From the NCBI RefSeq assembly GCF_018977255.1, contig NW_024704742.1, forward strand, positions 117,988,001 to 118,052,000: DNA of 64,000 nucleotides, in the 5' to 3' direction. The notes beneath the pieces are model-generated. The model was not told where the DNA came from and made no database searches. It saw nothing but the letters and a program-made list of their open reading frames with translations. Source of the DNA: Callorhinchus milii (Eukaryota). Below are positions 51,365 through 64,000 of the stretch, piece after piece; within the stretch, counting starts at the first letter, position 1, and every line of letters begins with the position of its first letter. A program made the translations under genes and the position numbers.

Positions 51365-51700
51365 TTAATAACAATAATCTTTACATTTGGTATAACGTCT
51401 TTCAAGGTGAGAGGATTTCTCAAAGTGCTTCTTTCAGAATATTCTCTAATATTCTCTGTGAGTTTTGTGGGTGAATGCGGCAGCCAATTTGCACACAGCA
51501 ATGTCCCACAAACAGCCATGAAGTGAATGACCAATTTTTTATTTGGGGGATTGTTGGCCTGGAGTATCAGGAGAAACTCATTTCTCTTTTCCAATAATAC
51601 CAGGGGATCTTCAATATCCATCTGAATAGGCAGACAGTACTTCACTTTAACATCTCATCTGTAGGATTGCACCTAAGACAATGTAGCACTCCCCCCTACC
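51365..51700 (-). mobile_element. Deu-domain SINE
   Basis: gcggcagccaatttgcacacagcaatgtcccacaaacag...aacatctcatctg. Confidence 0.8.
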
Positions 51701-53939
51701 AATGTAGTGGAGTTTCAGTCAAGATGTACATAATAAAAATGGAAAAGTTAATCCATATTGATAGTGGTTCTTGAACAATTCTGATGACAAAGGAATTGGC
51801 ATGATCGAGGGCACAAATTCGTGAATCAGCCAGAAAGAGGCGAAAGCCTCAACAAGAAAAGTGGGAAAGGGAAATAACATTAAGCCTATCAACAACAACA
51901 ACACAATTACATTTGTATAGCGCCTTCTTTTACGTCGGGAGGATGTTGCTTTACATGATGATTTTCTCATATAGTTAACATCAGTATTGAATAAATGATT
52001 GATTAAAAATTGGGTAAATTGTACAGTGACTGCGAAAGGAGTAGACGTGAATGTTTATCCTGTTCCAAATTCATATCCTTATTCTTTGTTTACAAATATC
52101 ACACAATCTCAACAATGCTTGTATGACCATAAATATAAAAAAGCCTCTGGAGTATATATATCATAAATATATACATCATAAAATATATCATGTAAAGCAA
52201 CACATATATATTATAGGTTCTCAGTTTAAGGCTGCACAGTAATTACATTTCAGGTCCTATTGAACTGCTGCATTGAATTGGTATCATTATTTTATTTGAA
52301 TTACTTTTTCTGCATTGATGTAAATATTACTGCCTAAAATCGGAGAACTCAGGAAACATGACAAGATTACTCTGAGGTGGCTCAAAACTGCTTGAATGAT
52401 TATACTTGAATCAAAAAAAGCCTCGCAAATGTCCTTGGTGATTCCCTCATAACAAAGCAACATAGGAATTAAACCCACTTTACCTAAAACCGGAAGAGAT
52501 TTTTAAAATAGTTTGTTAAAATTAACAATGTAGGAGCTAAAAAGATTGAATGAAAACACAATCCAGTGCCTGAAGAGAGCTGCCCTTCACTTTAGTGTCT
52601 GTACTGTCACTTTACACATAAAATGCAGCCCCTAATTAAGATCTCGATTCATTGAACCATCACAACAAAACGTGAGCACAATTTATGGAAGGTTTGCTGT
52701 ACAAATCATCATTCACTTTACTTCAATTAATTCTCTTTTGCAAAACAGCAAACTGGATTGCTTATCGCTTGGCTTCTACAGCAATATTCTGAAAGCATAC
52801 TCGAGCAAAACAAAAAGATGCATTTTGCTACGCTTGCTGATGGCCTTATCCACATAAGAAACAAATCAATTAGACCGGTGCAGTATTGAATTTGTTTTGC
52901 TGTAGAATTCCCCTTGAAAGGCTCGGCTCTCAAAGTAATCTTTAATAGAACGATGAGTTTATTGTGGCTGCTTTAAATAAACCAGACAAAGAGGAAATCA
53001 GAAGATGAGCACAGCAATGAAAAAAACCCAGAAAAGGCACTTGAGATAGCATTTTCTTTATATTGATGGGAGCATTGCAGACCCACAGTACAGAATACAG
53101 CCCTCAGATTTTATGCCTCGTGCAGTTATGTGTGTTTTATACTGTTAATTAATGTAGGGATGAGAGTTGGTTGTAAAAGCTGAATATTACAAGGTAGCTA
53201 CTTGAGAGGCTGGTAGCAGCTGGTTGAACTTTCTCCTTATTCAGGCCTATCATGTGGTGTAAGCATCAAAATGCACGTATGCTGCCTGAAGCCCCTTGAC
53301 GAAGTGCCTCAGGAGTACTTTTATCTCTGCCCGCCTATATGCATCTCATCCCTGATAACACATCACACAGCTTTTCATATGGATCATTTCTTCATTGCAG
53401 AAAACTGTTCTGCAGATTGTCTTTGTACTGTAGAGTGGTTCACCTCAGGCTTTTGCAAAGATTTTAGACTTGTATTGATTTTAAAAAAAGACTGATAAAT
53501 ATTGATTAAAAAGGTAGAAAATGTTATGTACCTTCAAAAGTATGTATACATGAATGCAGCCCTGGACTGATTCCCTCTACACTGCATTCATTCTAGCCAA
53601 ACTACAGGAGTATAGAAACTAAACCAAACCGTATGGGTTTTGCTCATCTTACAGTCTATAACTGCAAAATATCCTGCAATGTGAAACTTTTATCAAAATA
53701 TCTTGAAATTCAATGTAATGTACTGTTGCTGTCTCATCAGCCAGTTTGATTATCTTATGAAATAATTCAATAGGTTTGTAGACATGCCCTCTTGCTTCTA
53801 AATCTATAACATCAGTGGCAACCTAACTACCCAGAATTTGGCCATTTTAGCGTGAGAGACAGCCAAAACAACTCCATCTGGAAATTGATCTCTATCTTGA
53901 TTCGTGAAAGCTGAGATGAAAAATGTATTTAACCCACCT

Positions 53940-54290
53940 GCCAATTGCTGAATGTCTAGAATATTCATTCATCCAATGCAGTGCTGGGGGAGTGCTAAAT
54001 TGTCAGAAGTGTCATCCTTCAGATGAGATATTAATCCGATTTCTGTCCACCTGTCCAGGTGGACTTGAAAGACCCCATTCCTACTGCTCGAAAACGAGAG
54101 GGTGTTTCTCCTGGTGTCGTACCCAAAAATCTCTCAAATAAAATTGGTTCTTTGTTTCATGGCTGTTTATGGGGATATTGCTGCATTTGCCTACAAAAGA
54201 CACAGTCTGATTTCATTTCACAGTAATCCTGTGAAGCGCTTTGGGACATTTTCTTGATGTGAAAGCCACTATACCAAATGCAAGGATCGC
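53940..54290 (+). mobile_element. Deu-domain SINE
   Basis: tgcagtgctgggggagtgct...cagatgagatattaa...gtgaagcgctttgggac. Confidence 0.75.
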
Positions 54291-55004
54291 TACATAGTTG
54301 ACTTATTTATATGCCAACTGAAAAATACAGTGATAAACCCTTAATAAAAGGTGGATTGGACTGAGAACAAGATGTTTTGTATGTTGTCAGCAGTCAGTTG
54401 CTGTTGTTATAGTTTTTACATTCTTTCCTTTTGCAACTCAGTCTGATCTTATTAAATATAGGAACAATACAGTAGGCATGAATTTATTTGCTAATGATCA
54501 ATAAATACAGATTGCCTGAATCTGTTCATTCTAAAGCAGACTGTATTTTCCATCGCTCCACAGAGCATCTTGTTTTTGAAAAATAACTCGTAGTAATGAA
54601 AGCACTTTTTTAGAAAAAACCTATTTAAGTAGCTTTGTATATATTAAAGCTCCTGTTGCCTCAAGAGCTCACCTGTAACAGACGTGATCAATTAAGCAAT
54701 TTTCTGTGCAGTTGATGCCACCATTCACACAAATGGAGTGGAACAACTGAGCATAGCAGATGGCTCCTCCAACCAAGCTTTATTCTAAATCAATATTTTC
54801 TGTAGGTATATCAGCCTGCCTCATAATTCTTGTTAGACTTTTGAAAAGACTGAAGAAATCGAGATCACATTGTTCTCTGTGCACATTCATCCCTCGTCCT
54901 CCTGCCTCTGTCAGAGGTGCCATGTTTTGGGTGAGACACGAAGGTTCCTGTCTGCCTGTTCTTCAGGTAGATTTTACAGATCCCAGGATGCTATTACACA
55001 CTGT

Positions 55005-55445
55005 GTGTCAGCTTGGCTCAGTGGTAGCACTCTGGCCTTCGAGTCAGAAGGTTGTGGGTTCATGTCCCACATCGGGACTTGGAATTATAGGCTAAGATAA
55101 CACTCTAATGCAGTGCTGTGGGGTTGTTCCATTGTCAGAGGAGCCGCTCTTTGGATGAGACATTAAACTAAGGTCCCATCTGCCTATTCAGGTAAATGCT
55201 AAACATCCCAGGGCAGTATTCGAAAAGAGAAGGGTGTTTCTCTCAGTAGTCCTGACTAACAATAAAATTGGTCACTCATTCCATAGCTGTTTGTGGGAGG
55301 GGCACTGCTGTGCGCAATTGGCTACCGCATTTCGTCCACAAAGTATACTGTCAATTCACTTCACAGTATATTCTGTGAAGCGCTTTGAGACGTCTCAAAG
55401 AGGTGATAAGGTGCTATATCCAATGCAAGGATTATTATTATTAAT
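55005..55445 (+). mobile_element. Full-length Deu-domain SINE
   Basis: head gtcagcttggctcagtggtagcactc (A box), gggttcatgtcc (B box), Deu body, (ATT)n tail. Confidence 0.88.
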
Positions 55446-55449
55446 ATTA

Positions 55450-55742
55450 TGGCACCAGCCTGCTTCAACTCCCCCACCCCACCATCGGCAGTAAGGCTTT
55501 CAGTGGATTTGCTCCTATTCTTTGGAACTCCATGCTGGAGTCCCTTTGACACACAACTCCCCTTGCCTCCTTCAAAGTCTGCTTCAAGATCTATCTCCTT
55601 GACCATGCTTTCGGCTATCTTTCCCCCTCAAACCCTCACCCCTCGGTGTCCATCTCTAGCTCAGGTGCAAATCCTGGACTGTCTACTACCTTGGAACGTC
55701 CTCCCGATATGAAAAGCCTTATATAAATATAAATTTGTATTA
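55450..55742 (+). mobile_element. L2 3' fragment
   Basis: cccttgcctccttcaaagtctgcttcaagatctatctccttgacc...ttggaacgtcctcccgatatgaaa. Confidence 0.8.
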
Positions 55743-55744
55743 CA

Positions 55745-56020
55745 TTCATAGAACTACATAGAATATATAGCACAGAAATAAGCCATTCGGCCCAACTGGT
55801 CTATGCCGACGTTTATGCTCCACATGAGTCTCCTCCTTCCCTTCCTCAACTAAGCCTATCAGCATAACCTTCTATTCCTTTCTCCCTCATGTACCTATCT
55901 AACTTCCCTTTAAATATATCCATGATATTCGCCTCAACTACTCCTTGTGATAGCAAGTTCCACATTCCCATCACTCTCTGGGTAAACAAGTATTTTCTGA
56001 CTTCCCTATTTGATTTATTG
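55745..56020 (-). mobile_element. CR1-type LINE 3' end
   Basis: catagaa...agccattcggcccaactggtctatgcc...agttccacattcccatcactctctgggtaaa. Confidence 0.85.
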
Positions 56021-57479
56021 TATTATACTACGGACAAAAGAAGGAAACATAGGATGGGTGTAGCTCACTCTAGCCGCAGACATTGTGAAACAATTTTCCT
56101 GTGTCTGGAATGGAACTCTCCTCCTGGAGGGACACACCCTGCTTAACTAATTCCAGGAGAGTGAAGATTGGTGAGAACCTAGGAAGATCCTAGGCCCTTC
56201 ATTGGGGTGCTGCTGGAGTTTTCCATTGAGAGCACTGCCTGACAAGCTTCATGCAGGGTTAACAAAAGCTGAAAGTGAAGGATCCCAGCTCCCAGGGAAT
56301 GGTCTGCCCTTCCAAATCCTGCTGATGTACCAGGTTGGTTGGGCTGTCATCAGCTTTGCTCTGGAGTACTACAGTCCCACCTAATTCAGGAAACGGACTA
56401 TCGAGATCACCATAGAGGCTTGATTCAATTCTGATGTTCAGTTGACAAGCACATCACGTTGGAGCCAGCTCAGTGCCAAAGAGACCCCATTCTCCTTCCC
56501 CCAGGATAGTGACTTGTTGGTTATTTGACTTATAATTAACAGAGGTCTGATCTCTCACTAGATGGATAGCAGACCCTAGGAACTCATCTTCGCAATATTT
56601 GAAAGGTGCTATACAAATCTAATTTGTTGTTGTGTGAGTATTGCTAACATCCTCCTGTGCCCTCTGCTCACACACATATCCCTAACTCATTGAATGATAG
56701 TTCCACAAATTGGAAGTGTGGAGATTGAGCAGAAGCTGCTGGCATATTTTCATGCCAATCAAGATGGTGTCCAAGATCTGGATACATGAGCATATGGCTA
56801 CTGGATACTGGTCCACAAACCAGGGCTCCAGGTAATGCCTTCCACCTGCTGTTGTTACAAGCTTCAGAATTTCCTCATCAGCTATTCAACAGACATCTGC
56901 CTTCAGTGTGGTGGGAGGACCTTTACAGGACATCTAGAACGTCAAGTCCGATGTTCTAATGCTCTGGAACTACAAAGGGAGGACTTGTGCTGGGAGGTTA
57001 TTCCATAAACAGCAACAACATTCCAGTATCTTACAACACCATTCCCTCACGCAGAACCTCGGCAGACCATCAGGCTGGAGGGTATCTCAGCTGTCCTGAA
57101 ACTGCTCGAATCCCATTGCGTTTTTCTTGCGCAATCAGCAACAACTGTGACTGATTTTCCCTTTCTAGTTCAGAACACCTAGAACACCTCAAGACTGCCA
57201 CCTTATCCGAGATCAACTAACAGTACAGAATGAGGGGTAACCTGGGATCTTCCTGGTCTCCATAATTCAACACTACACCAGGCAGTGCATTTACTCATCT
57301 TGAGAAAGATACTTAGCAATTAAGTGTATAAAGGGATTTTGGAGGAAAAGGCAGCCTCAGGACACTTGGGATTTGGGACACTGCATGTGATGGGTTGTTG
57401 TGGAGGTGATGATGACCCAATGCTGGTCACATGCAGCAGTAGTTTTGGAAAAGGCAGGAAAATGGAATGCAAAGAAACA

Positions 57480-57657
57480 TGGTGATCTAATAAAACACGA
57501 CTGTTTGTGGGACATTGCTGTGCGCAATTGGCTACCGCGTTCGCCCACAAATATACAGTCAATTCACTTTACAGTATATTCTGTGAAGCGCTTTGGGACG
57601 TCTAGAAGACGTGAAAAGCGCTATATCAAATGCAAGGATTATTATCATTATTATTAT
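57480..57657 (+). mobile_element. SINE 3' half, young
   Basis: cgactgtttgtgggacattgctgtgcgcaattggc...(att)n. Confidence 0.9.
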
Positions 57658-57984
57658 AACAGAAAAAGCTTGATGTGCTGAATTGCCCCATCATTCCTAT
57701 AAATAATCCTGAATAATTCATTACATATCAACCATCCTGCTGCTACAACCTCCTTCAACAATATTGCCCAAGCCACAAACATCGGTCTTCTTTATGTATG
57801 GCCCCTCCCTCTCCTCAAAAACAATCTCCTGACTGAACTACAGCCACCTTCTCTCACCCATCCCCAGCTCTCTTTCCTTCTCCCCAGCTTGGGCTCCCAG
57901 TTATCTGTGTAAAACAATTTGAGACTTGCTCCCTATGTGAAAGGCGCTACATAAATGTAAATTATCAAACTAAATGTACCTAGA

Positions 57985-58260
57985 TGTAGAACTATGATTT
58001 TCTGCACAGGAGGCCATTTGACCCATTATGTCTATCATTACTACCTGTTTTATTCTAAATTGCCCTTTCTTATATTTGACATAAATCACTTTCTAGATTT
58101 GTGTTTTTATTGCTCAGGTGTTTATTCAGTTCACTTTTGAACAATTATTTTGCTTCAGCCTCAATACACTTTGTGGTAATGAATTCCAAAAACTAACAAC
58201 CATCTGAGTTTGATTCTAACAGTCCTGAGACTCTGCCCGTTTGTCACAGATTTCCCAAGT
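57985..58260 (-). mobile_element. CR1-type 3' fragment, diverged
   Basis: gcacaggaggccatttgaccca...gaattccaaaaactaacaaccatctgag. Confidence 0.6.
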
Positions 58261-59049
58261 AAAGAAATATGCAGAAGATGAACCTAGTCCCACCACCCCT
58301 CCCATGATACCATTTCACAATGGTAAGATCAGGGAAGATGTCCATGTAGTTTAGCATTTCTGAATCACAGTTTATGGAATTTGCTGCTGGTCAGTGGGAC
58401 ATTTTTGTCTGTCAAGTCAGAAAAGCAGTGTCCCACTAACTGAAGGGTGAAATCCATTAATGATAACAGTGTCAGCTGGTGACCTTTTTGACAGGTGAGA
58501 CAATCTGAGTTTGCCTAACCAAGTTATCTTGTTACCACAGCAATAGGCTCTTTGTGCATGTGCAATGCATTGGCCTCCCTCCCGCTGGCCTTGCCCCAGC
58601 TCAACGCTCTTCACCTGATGAGCTGCCATGGCCGCAACTCCAATACCTAGCTTGGCCACGCCATCAAGAACAGTGGTGGGTGAGGGAGGAAGGGGACCAG
58701 TCTCCATACACCCAGATATGTTTAATGCAACAAATATCAAATGTAACACTAAATTGACTTAAATAAATGCAAGAATTATTATTATTATTATAAGAACACC
58801 CACTCCATCCTCAGTCTGATGAGTGATGGGTTGGATGCAATTGATGTGGATGGGGTGGGGGGGGGAAGAGAGGAAACAATGAAAACAAGATCAAGGCTGC
58901 AATACTCTGTGTGGAGCTGTGAGTGCACTGCCTGAATGATTGTCTTACAATACACCATAACAAATGAGTTGCAAAGATCAGGAGGAACTACTCCTGTCTT
59001 GTACGCACTATGATATCAACACAAGATACATTTCTTCAAAGCTAGTAAG

Positions 59050-60210
59050 GGATGCAGAAAACAGGAAGAGTATGATGCAGGGCTCGGTTAAGAAACCAGA
59101 TCCAAAGGGCTTAACTGTCATTTTATATATGTGCTGTGGCCTTGAAAAATGGCTTAATGCACATAAAAATATCAGTCTGCATGAACTACTATATATCGGA
59201 TGGATAGAGAAGCCCACAGTCACACAAGTGCTGTGGAGCAACATTGTTAAAGGGCAATACAAAAGATTAATAGCCAACATAAATCTGGGCTTTTTAAAAT
59301 CTTTCAGCCCCTTCTCCTCCCCCTTCGGGTGGGGGGGGGGGGGGGGGAGAGACACGGTAAAAATCAGCAATGACACAGCCACCAGAATGAAGAATAAAGG
59401 GCAAGCTATTTGAATACTGATGTGTCCCACAACAACTTCCATTTCCATTAATGACATGCTCATCAAGGGCAACAATGGGACCTGCTGCCGCTGATCTCCC
59501 TGTGCTTGTCAGCGTGTGTGCTGGTAACGCCATTCTGTCAGTCCCTGGCTGCAGTTAGAGACCTGCACACTAATGAGAAGTGCTCTCTGCCATCAGCGCA
59601 GACAGGTGCTTCCGTAGCTGGGACATGCTCCATTCCCTTTCCCTAAACCGCTCTTTCTCCTTCTGAGCACCCTGACAGACACCATGAAATGCAGAAATTA
59701 ACAGCCCCATCATGTCGTGCTACTGCTTGCAGAGAAAGCAGAAAATCAAGTTGTCACACTGTGCGCGGTGATAAACCCACAATCCATTCTCTATTGCTGC
59801 CCTATAATAGCAGCAGCTCGACAACTCGATGGATCATGGGCTTCAATATTAGCTTCAGCTGCACTTCACCATATCATTAACACACTTAGGATTTTCAGAT
59901 GATTTTCCTTCAGTGCAGGCATCAGCACCAAACTGAGTCATAAACAGATATGAGTAATTGATCCCCATCATACTAATCTGTAAGTAATCTGTGGTTAGTG
60001 CAGCTTTACAACACCAAATTAATGAAAGCGCTGAACAATACAAAAATCATCAACCCAGGATATGTGCAAAACTGGAACTGAGAAATCAGTATGAATTTGG
60101 GGGTTTTCAGTGTTACAAGCAGCAGCAGGAGATGACAAATGCAGGATACTGCATGGGTAGAAATGTATTTCAGGAACACGAAAGAGCTATAATTCACAGG
60201 CATAAGTGAA
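59050..60210. promoter_or_regulatory. Long repeat-free candidate enhancer block
   Basis: about 1.1 kb unique sequence with AACAATGG (Sox), CTGTCA/TGACAG (Meis) and TAATGA motifs. Confidence 0.4.
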
Positions 60211-60457
60211 TCATGAAGGTCTTTCTTAGATGTGAAATCTATGCCCGGTCATCAGTAGAACATTCAATCTATTCCTTTGTGTTTAATGTTTAAAATATAC
60301 ATTTTTATTCAAAATGCTTTGTTCCATATTTTGTAAATCATCTCTTCAGGCTTTTTAGATCCATCTTCTCCCTCTAGCGAATACTGTGCCAGCTACCATA
60401 TCCAGCCCAGAAGGAGGAGTGGAAATTTGTTTGTTTCTCAATACTGTTCGTTCCATA

Positions 60458-60605
60458 AGTGGGACACTGCTGTGCGCAATTGGCTGCTGCGTTTCACCCA
60501 CAAAATATACAATCAAATTCACTTTACAGTATATTCTGTGAAGCACTTTGAGTTGTTTTGAAGACTTGATAAGGCGCTTTATCAAATGCAAGTATTATTA
60601 TTATA
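60458..60605 (+). mobile_element. SINE 3' half
   Basis: gtgggacactgctgtgcgcaattggctgc...atcaaatgcaagtattatt. Confidence 0.85.
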
Positions 60606-60879
60606 ACTAGACATTAGGAGGCACACATGTAGATTTTATTACTTATCTTCAAGAAATAAAAAGTTGACATGACAGCTTATAAAGTAAAAAGATTGAGCAT
60701 GTCTCAAAGAGCAAAATTGGTTTTTCAATTATATCCAAACCCATGTTGTGAGGCCCAAACCCCAACACAAGTGCTTTTGTACCCAATATTCTCTAATATG
60801 CTGATTTTTCTCCTGTTGAGAGTGAATCATGCTCAGAACTGACAGCTCTCCAGTAATCAGCCCAGGTGTTCCTCGTGTT

Positions 60880-61235
60880 AGCATCAACAGTGTGTTATCA
60901 GCTATCATGTTCAAATCCCTTCACTCCCTGGAACCTCCCTACCTCTCCGAACTCCTCACTCCCCAATCCACTTCCGGTCGACTGGCACTGGCCTCCTGCT
61001 CGTCCCTGGCACCCTCCGCCCCATCATCGGAGGCCATTCTTTCAGCGACTACGCCCCCCAAACTCTGGAACATTCTCCTTCAATCCTTTCACCTTTCCCC
61101 TCTCTCAAGTCCCGCCTGAAGACTTTTCTGTTCGACTGTGCTTACAGCCACCTCCCCCCTCCCCTGGCTCGGAGTCACGCTGTTAAGTGCTCTGAGACGC
61201 TATCCTGAATGGTCCAGGCAAATTGTTGTTGTTGT
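60880..61235 (+). mobile_element. L2 3' fragment (second subtype)
   Basis: FKSLHSLEPPYLSELLTP...PKLWN = L2 ORF2 end; (TTG)n tail. Confidence 0.85.
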
Positions 61236-61789
61236 GTTTTACCAAGGGAGGCATTACAAACTCCTTTCCCCAGGTAACACCCAAAAACTCATTCTTTCCA
61301 AACAAGATCAGTGGCTAGTGAACAGGACATGGAACCATAGTTGGATTTTCTCTTATCTGGCCTGGAAACACTAGTCAATTGCACAGGTAACTAACACCAA
61401 TTCTGGATCTTTGCAACTTTTTCTGTTGATTATCACCAAAAATGCAGCCTGCACTCCAATCACTACAAAGATGGATGCAGTGTTAATTAATTAATTCCAA
61501 TTAATTAATTAATTCCAATGAGACATGAGAAACTATCATCTTATCGCGAGGATGAGGTAGCCTCTGAATAAGTAGGTAGCACAAGGACACTTATGATAAC
61601 TGCTAACACTCAATGTCTCCATCACCAGGTTCAGCATCAGAAAATGGTTTGCACTGCTAAGGTACAGAAGTCACCTCCTGCAAAATCAATGTAACTGGAA
61701 AATTAGTTTGTTCCTTAATTTTTCTCCCATCTTCTTCACTCCTGAACGGGTAGACAAATGGTCATTATTTATGTTTGAGCTTGTGGGTA

Positions 61790-62040
61790 TCAGCAGGCTT
61801 TTCAAACGTGGGGAATGAGTGGATGGGGGAAAAGAGCTTTCCGAGTCAGGTCTGATTCTGTCCTCATCTGACACCCCCACTCAGGAGGCTCTAGACACCA
61901 ATCAGAAATGCCTCCCCTCCTCCCACGATGCCCTCCACCCATCATTCCCCTCTCCTAAGATCAACCAAGAATCTGGGGATTGAATATGAGAACTTCCTGG
62001 TTTTCCTTAGCATCGCACCAGATAAGCCCGTTCAGTCATT
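61790..62040 (-). mobile_element. Old SINE, third family
   Basis: tctgattctgtcctcatctgacacccccac...agatcaaccaagaatctggggattgaa. Confidence 0.45.
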
Positions 62041-62512
62041 GGGATGGGGGAAAGCAGAAAAATCATTTTATTTGGAAGTACTCTTAGAATATTGATATAC
62101 TGCACAACTCTGCACTGCTTTCACAACCTAAATTCCTAAGCAAGCTGTGTGGGTGCTATGTATCAACACTTCTCCAACACTGAAAGCCTAAGTAACCATT
62201 CAGGGACTGTCTTTTGCTGACAGGCAACCAACTAGAAATGGGCCTTCAGACCTGCCAGAGTGGTGTTTAAACCAATGATTTTCTCAATTAAACCATTATA
62301 AAAGCTGTATGTTGCCCTGTTGGAGATGGTGAAAAGCACTAAGTAATAACAAGTTTACACGCCGAGTAATTACGATAGCTCTGGGGGTCAAATTGATGTA
62401 ATTGGAGATAATCGCGGAAATGCGAAACAGCCATCATCTTCGAAATCGACAGCTTTCTGGCGATTGTAACTGTGCACGCTGAAACCAGCAGCTTTAATGT
62501 GCAACTTTCGTA

Positions 62513-62910
62513 GAGTCCTGTAGTGCATTGGTTACAGTACTCACCTTGCAACTGAGAGAACCTGGGTTCAATTCCAGTGCAGGGTGAAAAGTTATGCAAG
62601 TTTCCTTACTCCACACATCTCAGCATACCTAGCGGTAAGTAGGAACCCAGTTCCTAGTCAATTGGCGGATCGCTTTTCCGGGGGTCATAACCCCTTCAAA
62701 TGGTCAATCAATCCACGACTATTTGTGGGACGCTGCTGTGCACAATCAGCTGCTGCGTTTCACCCACAAAATATACAGTCAATTCAGTTTACAGTATATT
62801 CTGTGAAGAGCTTTGAGACATCCAGAAGACGTGAAAAGCGCTATATCAAATGCAAGGATTATTATTATTATTATAATCGCTATATCAAATGCAAAGATTA
62901 TTGTTATTAA
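62513..62910 (+). mobile_element. Full-length tRNA-derived SINE (long subfamily) with duplicated 3' tail
   Basis: A box tagtgcattggtta, B box gggttcaattcc, central block, tail cgctatatcaaatgcaa(g/a)gattatt present twice. Confidence 0.9.
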
Positions 62911-63589
62911 CACAGAAAAATCAGGAAAAGTTTATAGCATTTTAAAATGCTGGAAGAATTCTATCACAGGCATCTTCCATGTGCAAAGCTAACGGTTTGT
63001 TTACAAGCAGGTTATGAGGGCACAGGACATTGACTTTTACAAATATACATTTATGGAGTACAGCATCAGTGGACTGATAAACTGAGTTGATTCTGCAGGG
63101 GACGTTAGCCTATATAATAGGTGCAATGTAAATGTGCCACATTTCATGCAGCAATTCTGAGCCTTATGATAACATCTTCTGTCTTCCTAAAGTAAATATT
63201 CTACAGTTCACTGTCTATATAACTGATATATACGCATCTCCAGTAACTTCAACAGTTATATAGACAGCTGCCTGCAGTGAAGTGTACAATATGTTCTCTA
63301 GAAATGCAATGATATTACAATTGCAGGATTGCTAGATGAATCGTGGGAGAATCAGTAGTGAAATATGGTACATTCATATTGCACCCAGTAAATACAGCAG
63401 AACTCTTGTCATAAATGTTGCTGGTAAATTGGGTATGACAAAGTGTTAAACAAATGAAGGGTAAATTTTTTTTTTAAAAACCTGAATAAGATGTATAGTA
63501 AAGAAGGAAGTTTTTTTTTGCACACATTTAGATGTGAAGATATAACATTTTAAATATTCACATTATCTTGTGCATCAAACTCAATTTTC

Positions 63590-63695
63590 ACTCACAAAAT
63601 AATCAATTCACTTTATAGTATATATTCTGTGAAGCAATTTGAGACATCTTGAAGACGTGATAAGGCTCTATATCAAATGGAAGGATTATTATTTT
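63590..63695 (+). mobile_element. SINE 3' fragment
   Basis: tcaattcactttatag...gacgtgataaggctctatatcaaatggaaggattatt. Confidence 0.8.
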
Positions 63696-64000
63696 ATTTT
63701 TAAAGCCATTTTCCAATATATACATTAACTCTAGTGCATATGGTTAATCAGCCATCAGCATTTCTGAGTAAAGCTGATTCGTTAAAGCAGTAGCTTTGTT
63801 TACTAAGGAAAATGTGCTAATAACAAGGGTGGTTTAATTATCATGCCATGAATGTTCTGAGGTGTCTCTATAGTTCACCAGCCTCAATAATCCTCCAGGT
63901 TTTAAATCCAATAAAATCAAATGAGTGAGAAAAGCCATCAGCCTGTAAAAGTCAAAAGACATGCCATCTCATCTACAGAGAAACCGACCATTTCCATGTC

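Noticed and set aside
58964..59533. Overlapping 149- and 155-aa ORFs
   Set aside because: No domain or convincing splice context; cross a poly-G run
59660..59685. REST/RE1-like site
   Set aside because: Both half-sites mismatched and spacer non-canonical

Overview
Vertebrate, almost certainly cartilaginous-fish, genomic DNA. The repeat set (tRNA-headed/Deu-type SINEs with L2-type tails, plus L2 and CR1 LINE 3' fragments) best fits a chimaera such as elephant shark; this is inferred from recalled repeat motifs, not from a search. I find no credible protein-coding gene: the listed ORFs are short, low-complexity or decayed LINE ORF2. The window has repeat-dense flanks (about 0.3-13.3 kb, 25.8-30.1 kb, 38.8-64 kb) and two nearly transposon-free blocks (about 13.3-25.7 kb and 31.7-38.8 kb). 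These blocks contain many enhancer-like non-coding segments with homeodomain, Pbx-Hox and Meis motifs, and a CpG-island promoter at about 22.2-24.6 kb with three CACGTG E-boxes, NRF1, YY1 and GC-box motifs and a + strand splice donor. This looks like the regulatory landscape or non-coding 5' end of a developmental regulator or lncRNA, which I cannot name. The most unusual structural observation is recurrent fold-back (inverted) duplication at or near the 5' ends of truncated L2/SINE insertions. Repeat boundaries are approximate and conservation could not be tested.
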